Part shown: piece after piece, positions 1-12,645 of the stretch | Layout: each line of letters opens with the position of its first letter | Numbering within the stretch: position 1 is the first letter of the stretch | DNA from: Callorhinchus milii | Lineage: Eukaryota | Assembly (NCBI RefSeq): GCF_018977255.1 | Contig: NW_024704743.1 | Coordinates: 94,118,001-94,182,000, forward strand | Direction of reading: 5' to 3' | DNA length: 64,000 nucleotides | Program-made: the position numbers and the translations under genes | The notes under the pieces: model-generated | Told to the model about the DNA's origin: nothing | The model's input: the letters and a program-made list of their open reading frames with translations, nothing else | The model's database searches: none

Positions 1-308
1 CTCAGCGGTCTCCGACCTGCTTCAGGCCGTCTCCCCCGCCTTGCCCGCACCATTGGCGGACGGGCCTTCTGCCACTCTGCCCCCACCCTCTGGAACTCCA
101 TCCCACATTCCCTCCGCCTCACCCCCTCCCTTGCCTCCTTCAAGACCCATTTCCTCTTTGACCTTGCTTTCGATCACCCTGCTTCCCCCCCGTCCTCCAC
201 CCTCCCCAATCCCGACTCCCAGCTTGGGTCCAAAACTCTGACTGCCCGACGCCTTGGGACGTCCTCCTAACGTAAAAGGCGCTATACAATGTAATTTTGT
301 TGTGTTGT
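1..308 (+). mobile_element. L2 LINE 3' end, cut by the window edge
   Basis: C-rich L2 3' region ending gggacgtcctcctaacgtaaaaggcgctatacaatgtaattttgttgtgttg; same family as 6054-7038. Confidence 0.85.
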
Positions 309-454
309 AAAGTTTGAGGTAAGAGTGCTTTGCACAGGAAGTACTGATCCAAGCCTTACAATAAGAATTTTACATTATATAGTGCCTTTCATGTTGAGAG
401 GGTATCTCAAAGCGCTTTCCTTCCAATTATTATGGAACTATTCCTTCCAATAAT

Positions 455-606
455 TAAGATAATTATTTGGGGAGGACAAATTTGCAGGGCTGTGGGGAGA
501 GCGCGGAGGAGTGAGATTGATTTGAATAGCACTTTTCAAAGAGTCGGCATAGATACAATGGGCCAAATGATCTCATTCTATGCTGTATAATTCTATGATT
601 CTATGA
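455..606 (+). mobile_element. CR1 LINE 3' UTR fragment
   Basis: Ends in an (attctatg)n tail; it is the reverse complement of the 3' UTR of the CR1 at 54775-55475. Confidence 0.8.
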
Positions 607-1280
607 ACTCAACACTTATTAAAAAAAAGCAGTGTCAGGGGAAAAAAATCTAAAAGGGGTCACACCTTAAATACACAAGGCTTCTTCTAAATTACCGCAG
701 TAGGTAAAGACTGAAAGTCTGCCAAACTAGCTTTGAAAGAGGAAAAACCTGCCGAACCAGGGTTTGGTGTCACATTGAACAGTCACTATTAAAACTTTGT
801 AAACCATTGTTGCATTGGACTGAACTGTAACTGATGACACAGTTAACCTCAAAGAGTTACAAGGAAAGCAAGTCACAGCTTGTTCAGATTGCTACTTTGC
901 AGCCAATGCATGCACCAATACTCAAAGTAATCAAAGTAATCAACGAAAAACACATCTCAGTCTTTATTTTGTTCTCCTTGATATCAGCAGTCCTCAGAAA
1001 GTAATCTGAACAACCAAATATATTGTTGTATTATCATGTGCCAACCAGTTCCTTCAGTCAAAAAGGTTGATTATTTGATTTTTAGTTGATTAAAATGGTC
1101 AATAACTGACATTTGGTGATCAATCAGGCCCTGCACAATATGTCAGTCCATAGAATAGAGATTATTTAAAAATAAAGGTAACAGGGAGCGGATTGTTAAC
1201 TGTCAGCAGCCAGTAGCCAAAGTCAAAGTCATTTACATGTACATTTGATATAAGAAAATTCCTATTTTAGCTGTGGCAGA

Positions 1281-1464
1281 TCCTTGCATTTGATATAACG
1301 CCTTATCACGTCTTCGAGACATCTCAAAGCGCTTCACAGAATATAGTGTAAAGTGAATTGACTGTATATTTTCTCGGCAAAACATCCACTTTACAGTATA
1401 TTCTGTGAAGCGCTTTGAGCCACCTTAATGACGTGATAAGGCGTTATCAAATGCAATTATTATT
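1281..1464. repeat. Two SINE 3' tails in inverted orientation (foldback)
   Basis: 1284-1355 and 1387-1456 are reverse complements of the same SINE tail. Confidence 0.8.
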
Positions 1465-2039
1465 TCTGATAGACACATGATTAACAAACACACGCAGTAC
1501 TCAAGAGACCATATAAACTGTTAATTAATATATGCTATTTGATACTTCTGTATAGTTCTCAAAGAAGACATTATAAAAAGAGTCTATTGTAACTCAACCT
1601 TAACTTTTTTCTTATTTTTTCCCAAACTCAAAAATTACCAGTACAGTATAAACATTCCTGTCTATGTCCATTTCCAATCATACATTATCACTTGCTATTA
1701 GTATAACAGCATTGATAATCCTAAAGTAATGGTCCTTGCATCTGAAGTAACATCATTCGTATCAGGAGGATATCTGAAAGTGTATCACAAAACTTTTACT
1801 GTAAATTGTAGTCTATATATTTTATAGAGGAACATGACAGCCAATTTAATAAAGCAATGCCTCTCAAACATTGAGCATTGAGTGAATGCTCAATTTAGCA
1901 GTAAAAGAAACTTGCTTAATAATCACAGGTTTAAATTACACAAGCCAAGATCGAAAAAACATTTAATGGACTGAATAGGGAAGGAATGTGTTGAAAGGAT
2001 AAATTCAAATGTTTTGATATTAATATCACACCATTAACA

Positions 2040-2489
2040 TCACACCCCCATCATACCAGTCCTTGCCAGGACTCACTTGCTCCCAATCACCGAACAGATT
2101 GATTTCAAGATCCTCTCACTCGTTTTCAAATCACTTCATGCCCTTGCTCCTCCCTCCCTATCTGACCTGCTTACCGGACACTCCACCACCCGCTGCCTCT
2201 GCTTGGCGGCTCCGGCCTCCTGTTTGTCCCTCCTGCCCTCCATTCCACCATTGGTGGCCGTGCCTTCAGCCACTACAACCCGTAACTCTGCAACTCTCTC
2301 CCCCAATCCCTCCACCTTACCCCCTCCCTCCCCACCTTCAAATCACACCTAAATACCTTCCTTTTTGATCATGCTTACGGTCACCTCCCCCCTCCCTCTC
2401 TCCCTGGCACGTTGTCAGACTCTGCCACTGTGAAACCCTCCGGAACGCTACCCCTTGTGAAGGGCGCTATATAAATGCAAGTTGTTGTT
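2040..2489 (+). mobile_element. L2 LINE 3' fragment, second L2 subfamily
   Basis: Encodes LPITEQIDFKILSLVFKSLHALAPP (L2 ORF2 C-terminus); tail gaagggcgctatataaatgcaagttgttgtt. Confidence 0.85.
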
Positions 2490-3115
2490 AATAAAACAAT
2501 TCATCACAAAGAAGCTTTCAGAATTATACATATGTGCAGCCAGGGAACATTATATCATCATCAACCTCACATAAATATGGCTGAGAACAGAAGATTGACT
2601 TCCATTCTCTGAGATGGAGCTAAAAGAGTATAAAATATTTTGCAAAGACAGAGCTGTGAGACTGAACCAAAGTGACATACAATAATAATCCTTGCCTTTG
2701 GTATAGCCCTCATCATGCTGTTGATACGTCTCAAAGCATGTAATTGGATATACTGTAAAGTGGATTGATTGTATATTTTGTGGGCAAAACACATTACTGG
2801 TCAGGGAGAATAGAACATCTGTAAAAGGGAGGCTGTTGGGAGAGGGAAGAGTGAGAGAGCATAGAAGAGGTATCTGAAGCAATGTGGGTACAAAATTTGC
2901 AACAACAAACTAGTATTTTTTGAATTAACGAAGTAGACAGTGTGCTGTATAGCCATGTCAACCGGCTAAAAGGGACTGGCATGCACCAAGCATGGGCAAT
3001 GATAAAATTCACAGAAATAAAATTGCCAGATGGCAACAAATAGAAGGGAGGGGTGAATATACAAGACATTTCATACAAGTGATCATTGACAGTGACTCGA
3101 AATAGATTGCTCAGA

Positions 3116-3242
3116 GATTATTTGAGCTCAGACGTTCACCCATTTCCAAGATGCTGATCAGTTCTGGTGTTCGGTTAAACACAAACTTAATAGAGTGTCT
3201 AAGACATCTTGGAAATGGGTGAACTTCTGAGCTAAAATAATC
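3116..3242. repeat. Inverted repeat with 38-bp arms and a 51-nt spacer
   Basis: 3116-3153 matches the reverse complement of 3205-3242 at 36 of 38 positions. Confidence 0.9.
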
Positions 3243-5683
3243 ATTGTCAAGTTTCATTTTATGCCGTATTAAAAGCAAAGGTTAAAAAAAAGCAGAGGTG
3301 CATTAATTGAAAAGTATAAATGTTCCAGTGAAAATTAAGTGGGAAGAACTGGCAAATAAAATAACAGAAGAGAACAGAATATTTCTATTTTAAGATCTTT
3401 GTGAGGAAAAGTGAAACCTAGCCACGGCAAGATCATGTACGAGTCAGTTGAATAAGGTGAAAATCAAAAACTCTGTTCCGAGTCCTCTGTTATTCACACC
3501 ATTTGTCACCAATTTACCATCATCTGGTCAATCTCTTACCAAATGTGCTCTCAAGTCACCTCCTTCTCAGTTACTACAAATCTCAATTGTACCCAGTTTC
3601 GCTCTCAGTTTATTCTGCAACACGCACTAATTACATAAATACAAACAATGCAGCTCATACTAACCCGGGCTGATTATATTACACCATGAATCACCCTTCG
3701 GTCTCCGTGAAATAAGGACAGAAAAATATCAGTAAGTATACCAGATCCTTTTCCAATTAAGGAATACATTCTTAATAACAAATCTAAACAAATATTATAC
3801 ATAGATTATCAATTATAGACATATTTCGACAATAAACCAGGTCTCCTCTCTCCACCTTTTGATGATGTTCTCCTTCAGAACTGCCCTTCTCCTCAAATAC
3901 CTCTGCAGATAAAGGGTTTCAACTATCGCTCCCCAAAAGCAAAACTCTTATCTAAGTGTTATCGGGAAGGTTCAAAGCATTGATTCAATCCAAGATGTGA
4001 AAGAACTTGGTCATTGTTTTGGGGATAATGTGTATGGAACATCTCAAGGCGGTAGCAGATTAATAAGAGGGTATGAAGAACAAGGTTTTCCAAACTTCTT
4101 CCAGGTGTAATCGAAGCATCAGTATTGAACACTGATTAACCCATTTCTTACCCACACACATACAGTGGCTGTCAGCTGTTCACTATTTTAAAATACTTTA
4201 CACTACTGTATGATTAAATGACTTGGAAGGAAAGCATGCCTTGTAATATTCCTCCCTACACAGTACTGGAATACATATACAGACTCACAACACAAGTAGC
4301 TTCAGTGAACTCAAAACAGAACAGGATGAATATTTAGTTGAGAACAGTTTTGGAAGATGTAAAGAAAACATGCACAAATAATAAGAAGAAGAACAAATAA
4401 TACACTATGGAACACAATGACGAGAAGGGAAGAAATAATCTCCGGGGGTAGGGGGCCAGGGTCAAGTAGCAGGTATATAGAGATAGATATTCTGGAACTT
4501 TTGCTTAATTCATTTTGGGATACAGAATTGCCCGGAATTAAACCAGATGGCATGAAGCCCAGGGAAAATATGTATAGTCTGCCGAGAAGGACGTTTAATG
4601 TTGGTAGTGTTTAGAATTCATTATCACAAGCGATCACTGTAGTAGGAACAATACAAGCATTAAAAAGGAACCTGGATATTCAGCCAAGCAGAAAAAAACA
4701 GTTGAAGAAAAAGTGGAAAGTGGGATTATAACAAAAAAAGTTAAGAAAAACAGGCAGCAGTGGCTATGTGTACCAGATATCCAGCCGATCTACACTATAA
4801 AAAATCACTGGCTTTTTTTTAAAACCAAAAGTGACTTGAAACTGCGCTGTTTCTGGATAACATCTGGATTGACCAAACAATACTACATATTGATATTAGT
4901 ATAAGAATTCACTGATTAGATTAGGGACTGGAAATAAATTAAAAATCCTTGTAGCCGAGTCTAAAGCAATCAATTGCTTCACAAATTACATGAATAATGG
5001 CAATATAATGGAGCTTCCCTTTTAATATTTTTACTTTCAACAATGACAATGAGAAGGGAGTTTCTGGCTGCTGTTCTGGCCAACAATCCTTAAGATAAAT
5101 TGGTCATTCACGTCATGGCTATGTGTGAGTTCTTGCTGATCAAATTGACTGTCCCATTTGCCTAAAATACAGTCACTGCACAATAGCAATTTATCTGTGA
5201 AGCATCTCAAGACATTTTGATGTTATAGGAAGTACTTAAAATGCAAGGTTTCTTACAGAAAAAAATATTTAAGCATATACAACAAACTACTAGCACAGGA
5301 GGTAGAACAAGGAACTATAAAGTATTTCAAAAAGGAACTAGTCACGTTTTTGGAAAATAATAGGATTCAGGGTTATTAGATGATAAGATAGATGTCCTGA
5401 AGCGATCTTTTGGACAGTTGGATAGGTAGACTAGATTGACCAATGATCTGAAACTATGTTGCTAAATGTCAGTATTTGCAACAAATATATAAAAAAATGT
5501 TAAGAATAAAACAACAACAAAATTACATTTATATAGCGCCTTTCGCGTCGGGAGGACGACCCAAGGCGCTGAAAAAGAAAAGTCCTTCTCACTACTCGAA
5601 TTCACAACCATTTTATAAGTCAATTTTCTCTGCCCCAAATGTTGATTGTGAAGCCACACATCACAGAACAGTACGATGAGTCT

Positions 5684-6050
5684 AATAATAATAATAATTC
5701 TTGCATTTGATGTAGCGCCTTATCACGTCTTCGAGACGTCTCAAAGAGCTTCACAGAATATACTGTAAAGTAAATTCACTGTATATTTTGTGGGTGAAAT
5801 GCGGTAGCCAATAGCACACAGCAGTATCCCATATACAGTCCTAAATTGAGTAACCAATTTTTTTTTAATTTTGAAGGAATTATTACCCCCGGAAAAGTGA
5901 TCCATCAATCAATTAACAATCAGGTACCTACTTACTTGTAGGTAAACAGAGGTGTGTGTGTGGAGTAAGGAAACTTGCCCAACATTTCACCCTATCGGAA
6001 ATCGAACTCAGGTCTCTCACTTGCAAGGCAAGTGCTCTAACCACTAAGCT
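5684..6050 (-). mobile_element. tRNA-headed SINE, family A
   Basis: Pol III A/B-box-like head on the minus strand and (TAT)n tail; aligns with 37591-37963. Confidence 0.88.
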
Positions 6051-6053
6051 ACT

Positions 6054-7038
6054 CAACATCTATATGTTCCCTCTTGGTGACATCATCCACAGACATGGGG
6101 TCAACTTCCACATGTATGCAGATGACACCCAACTCTACCTCTCTGCCTCCACCCTTGACTCCAGGACCACTGTTGCGCTGATAGAATACCCGTCAGACAT
6201 CAAGTCCTGGAAGAGAGCTAACTTTCTTTAGTTGAACGTCAACAAGACCGAGGCTCTCCTGATTGGCTCCCGTCAGTGCCTCCTCACCTCAGGCGCTGAC
6301 AGCATCACATCCATAGATGCACACTCCACCTTGCTGAGCCAGTCCGGAACGTTGGGGTCTTGTTTGACCCTTAACTATCCTTTCTACCCCACATCTGCGC
6401 AATGACCCGCTCTGCCTTCCCCCACCTCAGCAATGTCACCTGGTTCCAACACTGTCTCACACCGCAGCCCACCAAAACCCTCGTACCTTCATTACATCGA
6501 GGTTTGACTTTGCAAACTCACTGAGTTTGATCATTCAGAACTCTGCACCCGCGTCCTCTCCTGCACTAGGCTCCGCGACCCTATTACCCCCATCCTTGCC
6601 CAACTCCACTGGCTTCCCCTCACACAGAGGATACAGATCAAGATCCTGGTCCTCACCTTCAAAGCCCTCCATGGCCTTGCTCCCCCTACCTCTGCGACCT
6701 TCTAACCCCCTACCAACCCGCCTGCTCCCTCCGCTAAGCAGGCTTCAGCCTGCTTCATGTCCCCCGCCTCGCCCACCCCATTAGCAGGCGGGACTTCTGC
6801 CACTCTGCCCCTATCCTCTGGAACTCCATCCCGCAGTCCCTCTGCCTCGCCACCTCCCTTGCCTCCTTCAAGACCCATCTCGAAACCCCCATCTTCGACC
6901 GTGCCTTCGATCACCCTCCTGTCTCTCTGCCCTCCACCCTCCCCGACCCCCAGCTCAGGTCCGTAACTCTGTCTGTCCAGCGCCTTGGGACGTCCTCCCG
7001 ACGTGAAAGGCACTATACAAATGTAATTTTATTGTTGT
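6054..7038 (+). mobile_element. L2 LINE, 5'-truncated and degenerate
   Basis: Reverse transcriptase motif [17 protein letters not shown] followed by the ORF2 C-terminus with frameshifts, then the stem-loop tail. Confidence 0.92.
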
Positions 7039-7587
7039 AGCTACAAGGCTCCACATATATGCATATAAATGCAAAGTACCATGCCAATTTGGAATATATT
7101 ACACACCCACAATACCCTGAATAACTGACTTGTAGACCCTCAATGGAATTCATGTAACAAGTAACATTTACAGAGTCTTTTTCACGTTGGAAGGACATCT
7201 CAAATTACTCGACACTGCTGACTGGGCAGCTGAACTGAGGAGGCTACACGGGTTGCTCTTCACAGATAACAGCCAGATGCCTCTTGATATTTGTAAAAGA
7301 GCTCAGTGATTAGATTAGGGACTAGAAATTGAAAATCATTGGTATTTTTATAAACTCAGAAGTGACTTGAAACTCTGCTGTCTCTGGATAACATCTGGAT
7401 TGACCGTACAATACTACACATTTAGAAAATATACCTGAGGAACACTGAATGTTTTAATTAAAAGTTTTGTATTTACATTTATTCATTTATGAAACTCTGG
7501 CTTGGACCAGAAATATATTTATGTGAAGTAGACTCCACAGGATACTGTTAGTCATGGTTACTTTCTCACATCACCTTCAATTCATAC

Positions 7588-7749
7588 CTTCCTCTTGTTG
7601 TTCTCTGAATAATCTTCATCCCTTTCAGATAACACCTCTTTCCTTCCCAACATGCGCTCTGCTGCTGCAGGTCCTCTTCCAACAAAGAGTATGTACGTAG
7701 TTGAACTTCACTGAATAATCCATACACATCTTGAACCAGAAGACACAGC
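7588..7749 (-). CDS. SPIDR: SPIDR internal coding exon D
   Basis: Acceptor tttttctgtag|G completes Arg. Encodes LCLLVQDVYGLFSEVQL...WEGKRCYLKGMKIIQRTTRG (recalled human CLLVQDACGMFGEV...LEGKSCSLVGMKVLQKVTRGR). Donor AG|gtatga. 162 nt, symmetric phase 2-2. Confidence 0.93.
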
Positions 7750-8138
7750 CTACAGAAAAACAATTAAAATGTTCAATAAAAACCATTAAACCATCAGCAA
7801 TGCCCAACATACCGGCTGCTAACTACACAAAACTCTGCACATCAATCACCCCGTCCTCACCAATCTCCACTAGCTCCCCATTTACCAGCAGATCGACTTC
7901 AAGATCTTCACACTCACCAACAATCTCTGAATGCCATTGCACTTCTCTACTTCTGTGATCTTTTCCAATCTCATTCTTTACTCGCCTCTTCCATTCTGCA
8001 AACTCGGACCTGCTACATGATGTAAATCCCCTCTGCCTCAACTTCAAGACTTTATTCTACATGAAAGGCGATGTGTAAATTGAAGTTGCTGTTGGTGCTA
8101 CCTAATCTATGTGTTTCTAAGTATAATCCTGTATTTTA

Positions 8139-8465
8139 TTGGTTAGAGCACTCTCCTCGCAAGTGAGAGGATCTGGGTTTGATTCCTGACAGGGCGAAAC
8201 GTTGAACAAGTTTCCTTATCCCACCCACCTCTATTTACCTAGCAAGTAAGTAGGATCCCGGTTGTTAGTTGATTGGTGAATTTCGTTTCCGGGGATAATA
8301 ATTGCTCAAAAAAAATGTATAATAACTTGGTCACTCAATTCATGACTATTTGTGGGACACTGCTGTGCGTAATTGGCTGCTGAGTTTCGCCCACAAAATA
8401 CACAGTCAATTTACTTTACAGTGTATTCTGTGAAGCGCTTTGAAACATCACAAATGCAAGGATTT
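8139..8465 (+). mobile_element. SINE family A
   Basis: ggttagagcactc head remnant, tttacctagcaagtaagtagg core and the shared 3' region. Confidence 0.85.
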
Positions 8466-8979
8466 TTTTAATTTTAATCTGAATTGAGTTTTACCCTAAC
8501 AGCAACAAGTGAGGTGTTCACTACAGAATGTGTAGCATGTCCCAATATAGTATTTTACCACCTTTATCACTTTACTATTATATCAGAATATATCTGATTT
8601 CAGAAGAACATTTGAGAAAGTGGTTTAAAATGAGACACTGTCCAGTTATTTGCCCATCAGATTTCATGAGCTGCAGTGTCTGTTGCCTGAATTTACTGGA
8701 CATTCAGGCCCCAAATGGTAATTTTTAAAAATGTTAAAATTCCAAAAATTGCTGTGATTTGTAGTAGCTGGAATTCTTGCTGATAACAGACCTGCAATGT
8801 TGTGTACATAATAATCTAATCACTACTGATCACTCAGTACAGAAACAGAGAGTAATGCAGTTCCACTGGCCTGCCCTTTCAAGAGCTGCAACAATTGCAC
8901 TCACTGAACTGCCCTTGTAAGAGCAATGAAAAAAAAAGGGCAACAAATAGAATTCCTCTTAGAAACCTAATGTTATCAC

Positions 8980-9900
8980 TAGCTTTAGGTTCAAGCCTCA
9001 CTTTGGGATTTGAGCTCATGGTCTAAGCCAACATGGTCCAACAGGGGGCCCAGGGGCCACATCCGGCCCGAGACCATTTCCAACTTCGGGTCGCCCGCAC
9101 TCTCTTTTCCCGGTGAACGGTCTTCTCATGGCAGGGCCAGGAGCCGGTGGTTGGGAGTGGAAATAATGACTGCTGTTACTGCAGTCTGTCAGGAAGGCAA
9201 GCATGTCTCCTTATGCACCGTGTCTTTAGCACCCACCGGCTTGCTTCATGTACCCCCATCCCATCTGCTGCACCATCGCCGTTTTGCCCCTGCTCTTGGG
9301 AGTTCCATTACTGGAGTCCCTCTGACTCGCTCACTTCCCTCCCCTTTCAAGGCCATAAGAACCAATTCTGACTGCATCTTGGGTCATCTTTTCCCCTCCC
9401 CATCCCACCCTGTCGGCTCCCTCCTCAGTTCAGCTGCCCAGTCAGCAGTGTCGAGTGCTTTGAGACGTCCTTCCAACGTGAAAAAGACTCTGTAAATGTT
9501 ATTATGTTCTGGAAGGGGAAACACAAAAATATTTCTTATGTGGCCCGCGGTCCTTTCTCAAATGGAGAATTAGGCCCTCAGCAGCCAAAAGATTGGACCA
9601 CCCTAAGCTGACCATGCTGTAATAGGGGGAGCACTGGATCATCAGTTCCTAATACAGGGGGAGCACTGTATCTTGTTGGTTGACATACAAAACGGATGTA
9701 ATGGACATGAAAGATCCCAAACAATATTTGAAAAGAGACAAGGGTTTCTCCTGGTGTTCTAGCCAGTAAAGATCCAGATAAACTGGTCATTCACCTCATA
9801 GATCTTTGTGGGCCCTTGAAGTACACTAAACAGCCGCTTTGTTTTCTTAGACAAGAAAAAACTGTTACAAGTGCCTCGGGACATTTAAATGTGCTAAATA
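8980..9900 (+). mobile_element. Old Deu-domain SINE (family B) interrupted by a hAT element
   Basis: ggttcaagcctcactttgggatttgagc...gtctaagc lies before the insertion, and tgacc...gggagcactg...aaagatccca...ggtgttctagcca lies after it. Confidence 0.65.
9029..9604 (+). mobile_element. Non-autonomous hAT/Charlie-type element carrying an internal L2 3' fragment
   Basis: Termini CAACATGGTCCAA and TTGGACCACCCT; left flank gtctaagc with ctaagc at the right junction; both arms align to 42809-43509. Confidence 0.85.
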
Positions 9901-12227
9901 TTCAGATTCTTTCTTATTGATAGCTACATGATTAAGAAAAAGATTAAAATTGCAACAACTTTGGGTAAACTTTTTTGGTACAAGTTTTTGGAGGGTGGTA
10001 CAGAGATGGATGACAATAGAGAAAGACTCTTCTAGTCCACATTAGGGGATAAAAAAAAAAGGTACTTCAGTACTGATGCCTTGACAAATCCCTGAGTTGT
10101 ATCACCGCTTTCTGACTAATCAGGAAAAAAGTTATTATTTCCTATATATCCCAGAAAAGACAGCTTTCAGTATGAGGGAGCACACTGAGGCATAAAGTCA
10201 CCCTCTGGAGCAGGTATCCTTATCATAACCTGGCCAGTGTGAATTAGTACTGAAGTTTGTAAGCCTTGGCAGAAAATATGATTTGCCTATTATTGAAATG
10301 TTGTTCAAATAGTGTTTTTTTTACTATTGTGTGATTAAAGTCAATTTCTCTGTCCATCCTTTGACACAACATTGTGGTTGAATCTGGTGACATTTTACAA
10401 TGCGAGTTACATTCTCTAAGCTAAATTTGGTTTCACTTGACAAAGGTCAAAATCATTGAATAAAAAAAACTTCACAAGAACATTTAAGCCATTCAAAGAT
10501 GTTATGGTACTTGTTGACCTTTAATGTGATAGGATAGAACATTCAGCTCGGATAAAGAAAGTTAATTTATAAATTCTCAGGTTTCTGGAGAAATTCTAGA
10601 ACCGCCTTCCCCATTTAAAACCAACAAAAAAGCGTGTTACTTATCCATAATCTGGAAAAACATGCATAAATAAATTCCTTCATGAAATGACTGTATGGCA
10701 CACACCGAGTAACATTGCTGCATATGGTTTTCAACGGTCATGTTCTTTGAACAGTTCTCATTCATCTGTTTCTTTAACCAAGCAGTACAGTATCTGGTTC
10801 TGTTCCAGAGTTAAATAGCGACAGTTCCCAACATTCACTCCAGTTTCCAGGAACTGCTTGCTATTCCCTTCAGGGCCAAAAAAGTCAGCCAGTGACAGGC
10901 AGCTGGGATCACAAAAGTAACCACAAACCTCGAGGAGGCCTCAATGGGATAGCAAGAGTAGGCGGGATAGACTTTCAGCGGTTCCACCAACCAGAATACA
11001 AGAAATCTATGATAACAGTTCTCCAGGCTGGGTTCAGCCAGTACATTGTGTTCTCTTGGTGAAAAACAACTCAATGCTGCTTTACTTAAAGGGAACAACA
11101 AATCCTGTTCATTTCTAATTTTAATCCGTTGCTAGCATAACATGTCCGGGTTACATTTTTTATTTAAATTCAGTTTTGATAGTGTTAGAAAATATAGTAG
11201 CATAAAAAGCTGAAAACATTATGAAGAGAAAATGTCTCAAGCTGACAATATAAAACGCACAGTCACCTTAAATTCAACAAAGGATTTACATTGACAAATG
11301 ATCTTAAAAATGTTCAGATAATGTTCAGGTTTAGATATGACTTAATATCAAGCAAGGATAAGTGTCTGAGTCCTGTCAGTGCTCAGTGCTCACTGAGGAT
11401 TAAAAAGTGTTCACTGGAAAAACAGTGCAAATGGTGCTTTGTGCTAAAAAGGAATGATGAGACGTAAATCTGTCTCCTCTACAGAACCCCACAGACATCA
11501 TCCTGACCCACGAGGATTCGGCTCGAATGAGGCCTTGGATCCATGCCAAGTTCTCACAGGTCGGCGCAATATTATGTGGTTCCCTGAAGGAGAACCTCTT
11601 CATGTCCTGAGGCACCACTTACGCTGGCATTTTCCCAACAAGCAATTTTCTCCACCCCTCCCTCCCTCCCCACTTTCCCTCATCCAGTTTTTCTTCCCTC
11701 TCCTCCGTCATTTCCCAAATGAAACCCGTCATCTGCTTCCTCAACCCATCCCTACCTCTCACTTCTGACGTCCCAGCTCAACCTCCTTGCACCCTGCTAA
11801 CAGACAACCTCTTTGTGCACTGGCACAATTCCCATCCTCTTGAAAACAGCTGTCATCACTCCCATTCTCAAAAACCCTTCCCACTTGTTACATGCAAAAT
11901 TTCATGTAAAAACAGGACACCCAATTACACCCCAAAAGAGAAGGTATTTTGTTTCTTAATCGTGATTTGTTTTACTAGGCAAATCTACTTACATCAGTCC
12001 ATCTCAAATGCTTGACTGAATCATTGACAGAATAAGAATACAGTCAGGTGGTTGTCAAACACTGCATCAGGATAACCTGAAACCAAACCAATTCAATGAC
12101 AAAATCTGTTTACGATGCGGGAAAGCACCTACTCTCACAACATGGTGGGAGCAGCATCGCACAAGGATTGCAGTGTTTTTGACAGAGGCCCCACCACCAT
12201 CTCCTCAGGACAACCAGTCACGGGGAA

Positions 12228-12645
12228 TAAATAATAATCCTTGCATTTGATATAGCACCTTATCACGTCGTTAAAGACGTCTCAAACGCTTCAGAGGATA
12301 CACTGTACAGCATTACAGTGGACTGACTGTGTATTTTATGGGCGAAATGCAGCAGCCAGTTTGCATATGGCAATGTCTCACAAACATCCATGGAGCGAGT
12401 GAACAATTTTATTAGGGAGATTGTTGGCCAGAACACTATTCTCTTCTCTTTTCGAATAGTGCCATGGGATCTTTCACGTCCGCCTGAACAGGCAGAGAGG
12501 ACCTCAGTTTAACATCTCATCCGAGGGACGCATCTCTGAGAATAGAACACCCCCCAACCACTACGTTGGAGTGTCATCTTAGACGATTTGATTCCAAGTC
12601 CCTTCTGACTTGGAGGCGAGATTACTACCACTGGGCTCGGCTGAC
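12228..12645 (-). mobile_element. Deu-domain tRNA SINE (family B, SacSINE1/AmnSINE1-like)
   Basis: Minus strand reads ggatgagatgttaaactgaggtcc...aaagatcccatggcactattcgaa, as I recall for the Deu domain; (TAT)n tail. Confidence 0.82.

Noticed and set aside
10835..11101. GC-richer block as an exon or a relative of 60890-61345
   Set aside because: There is no recognisable protein and only short, unconvincing similarity to that block.
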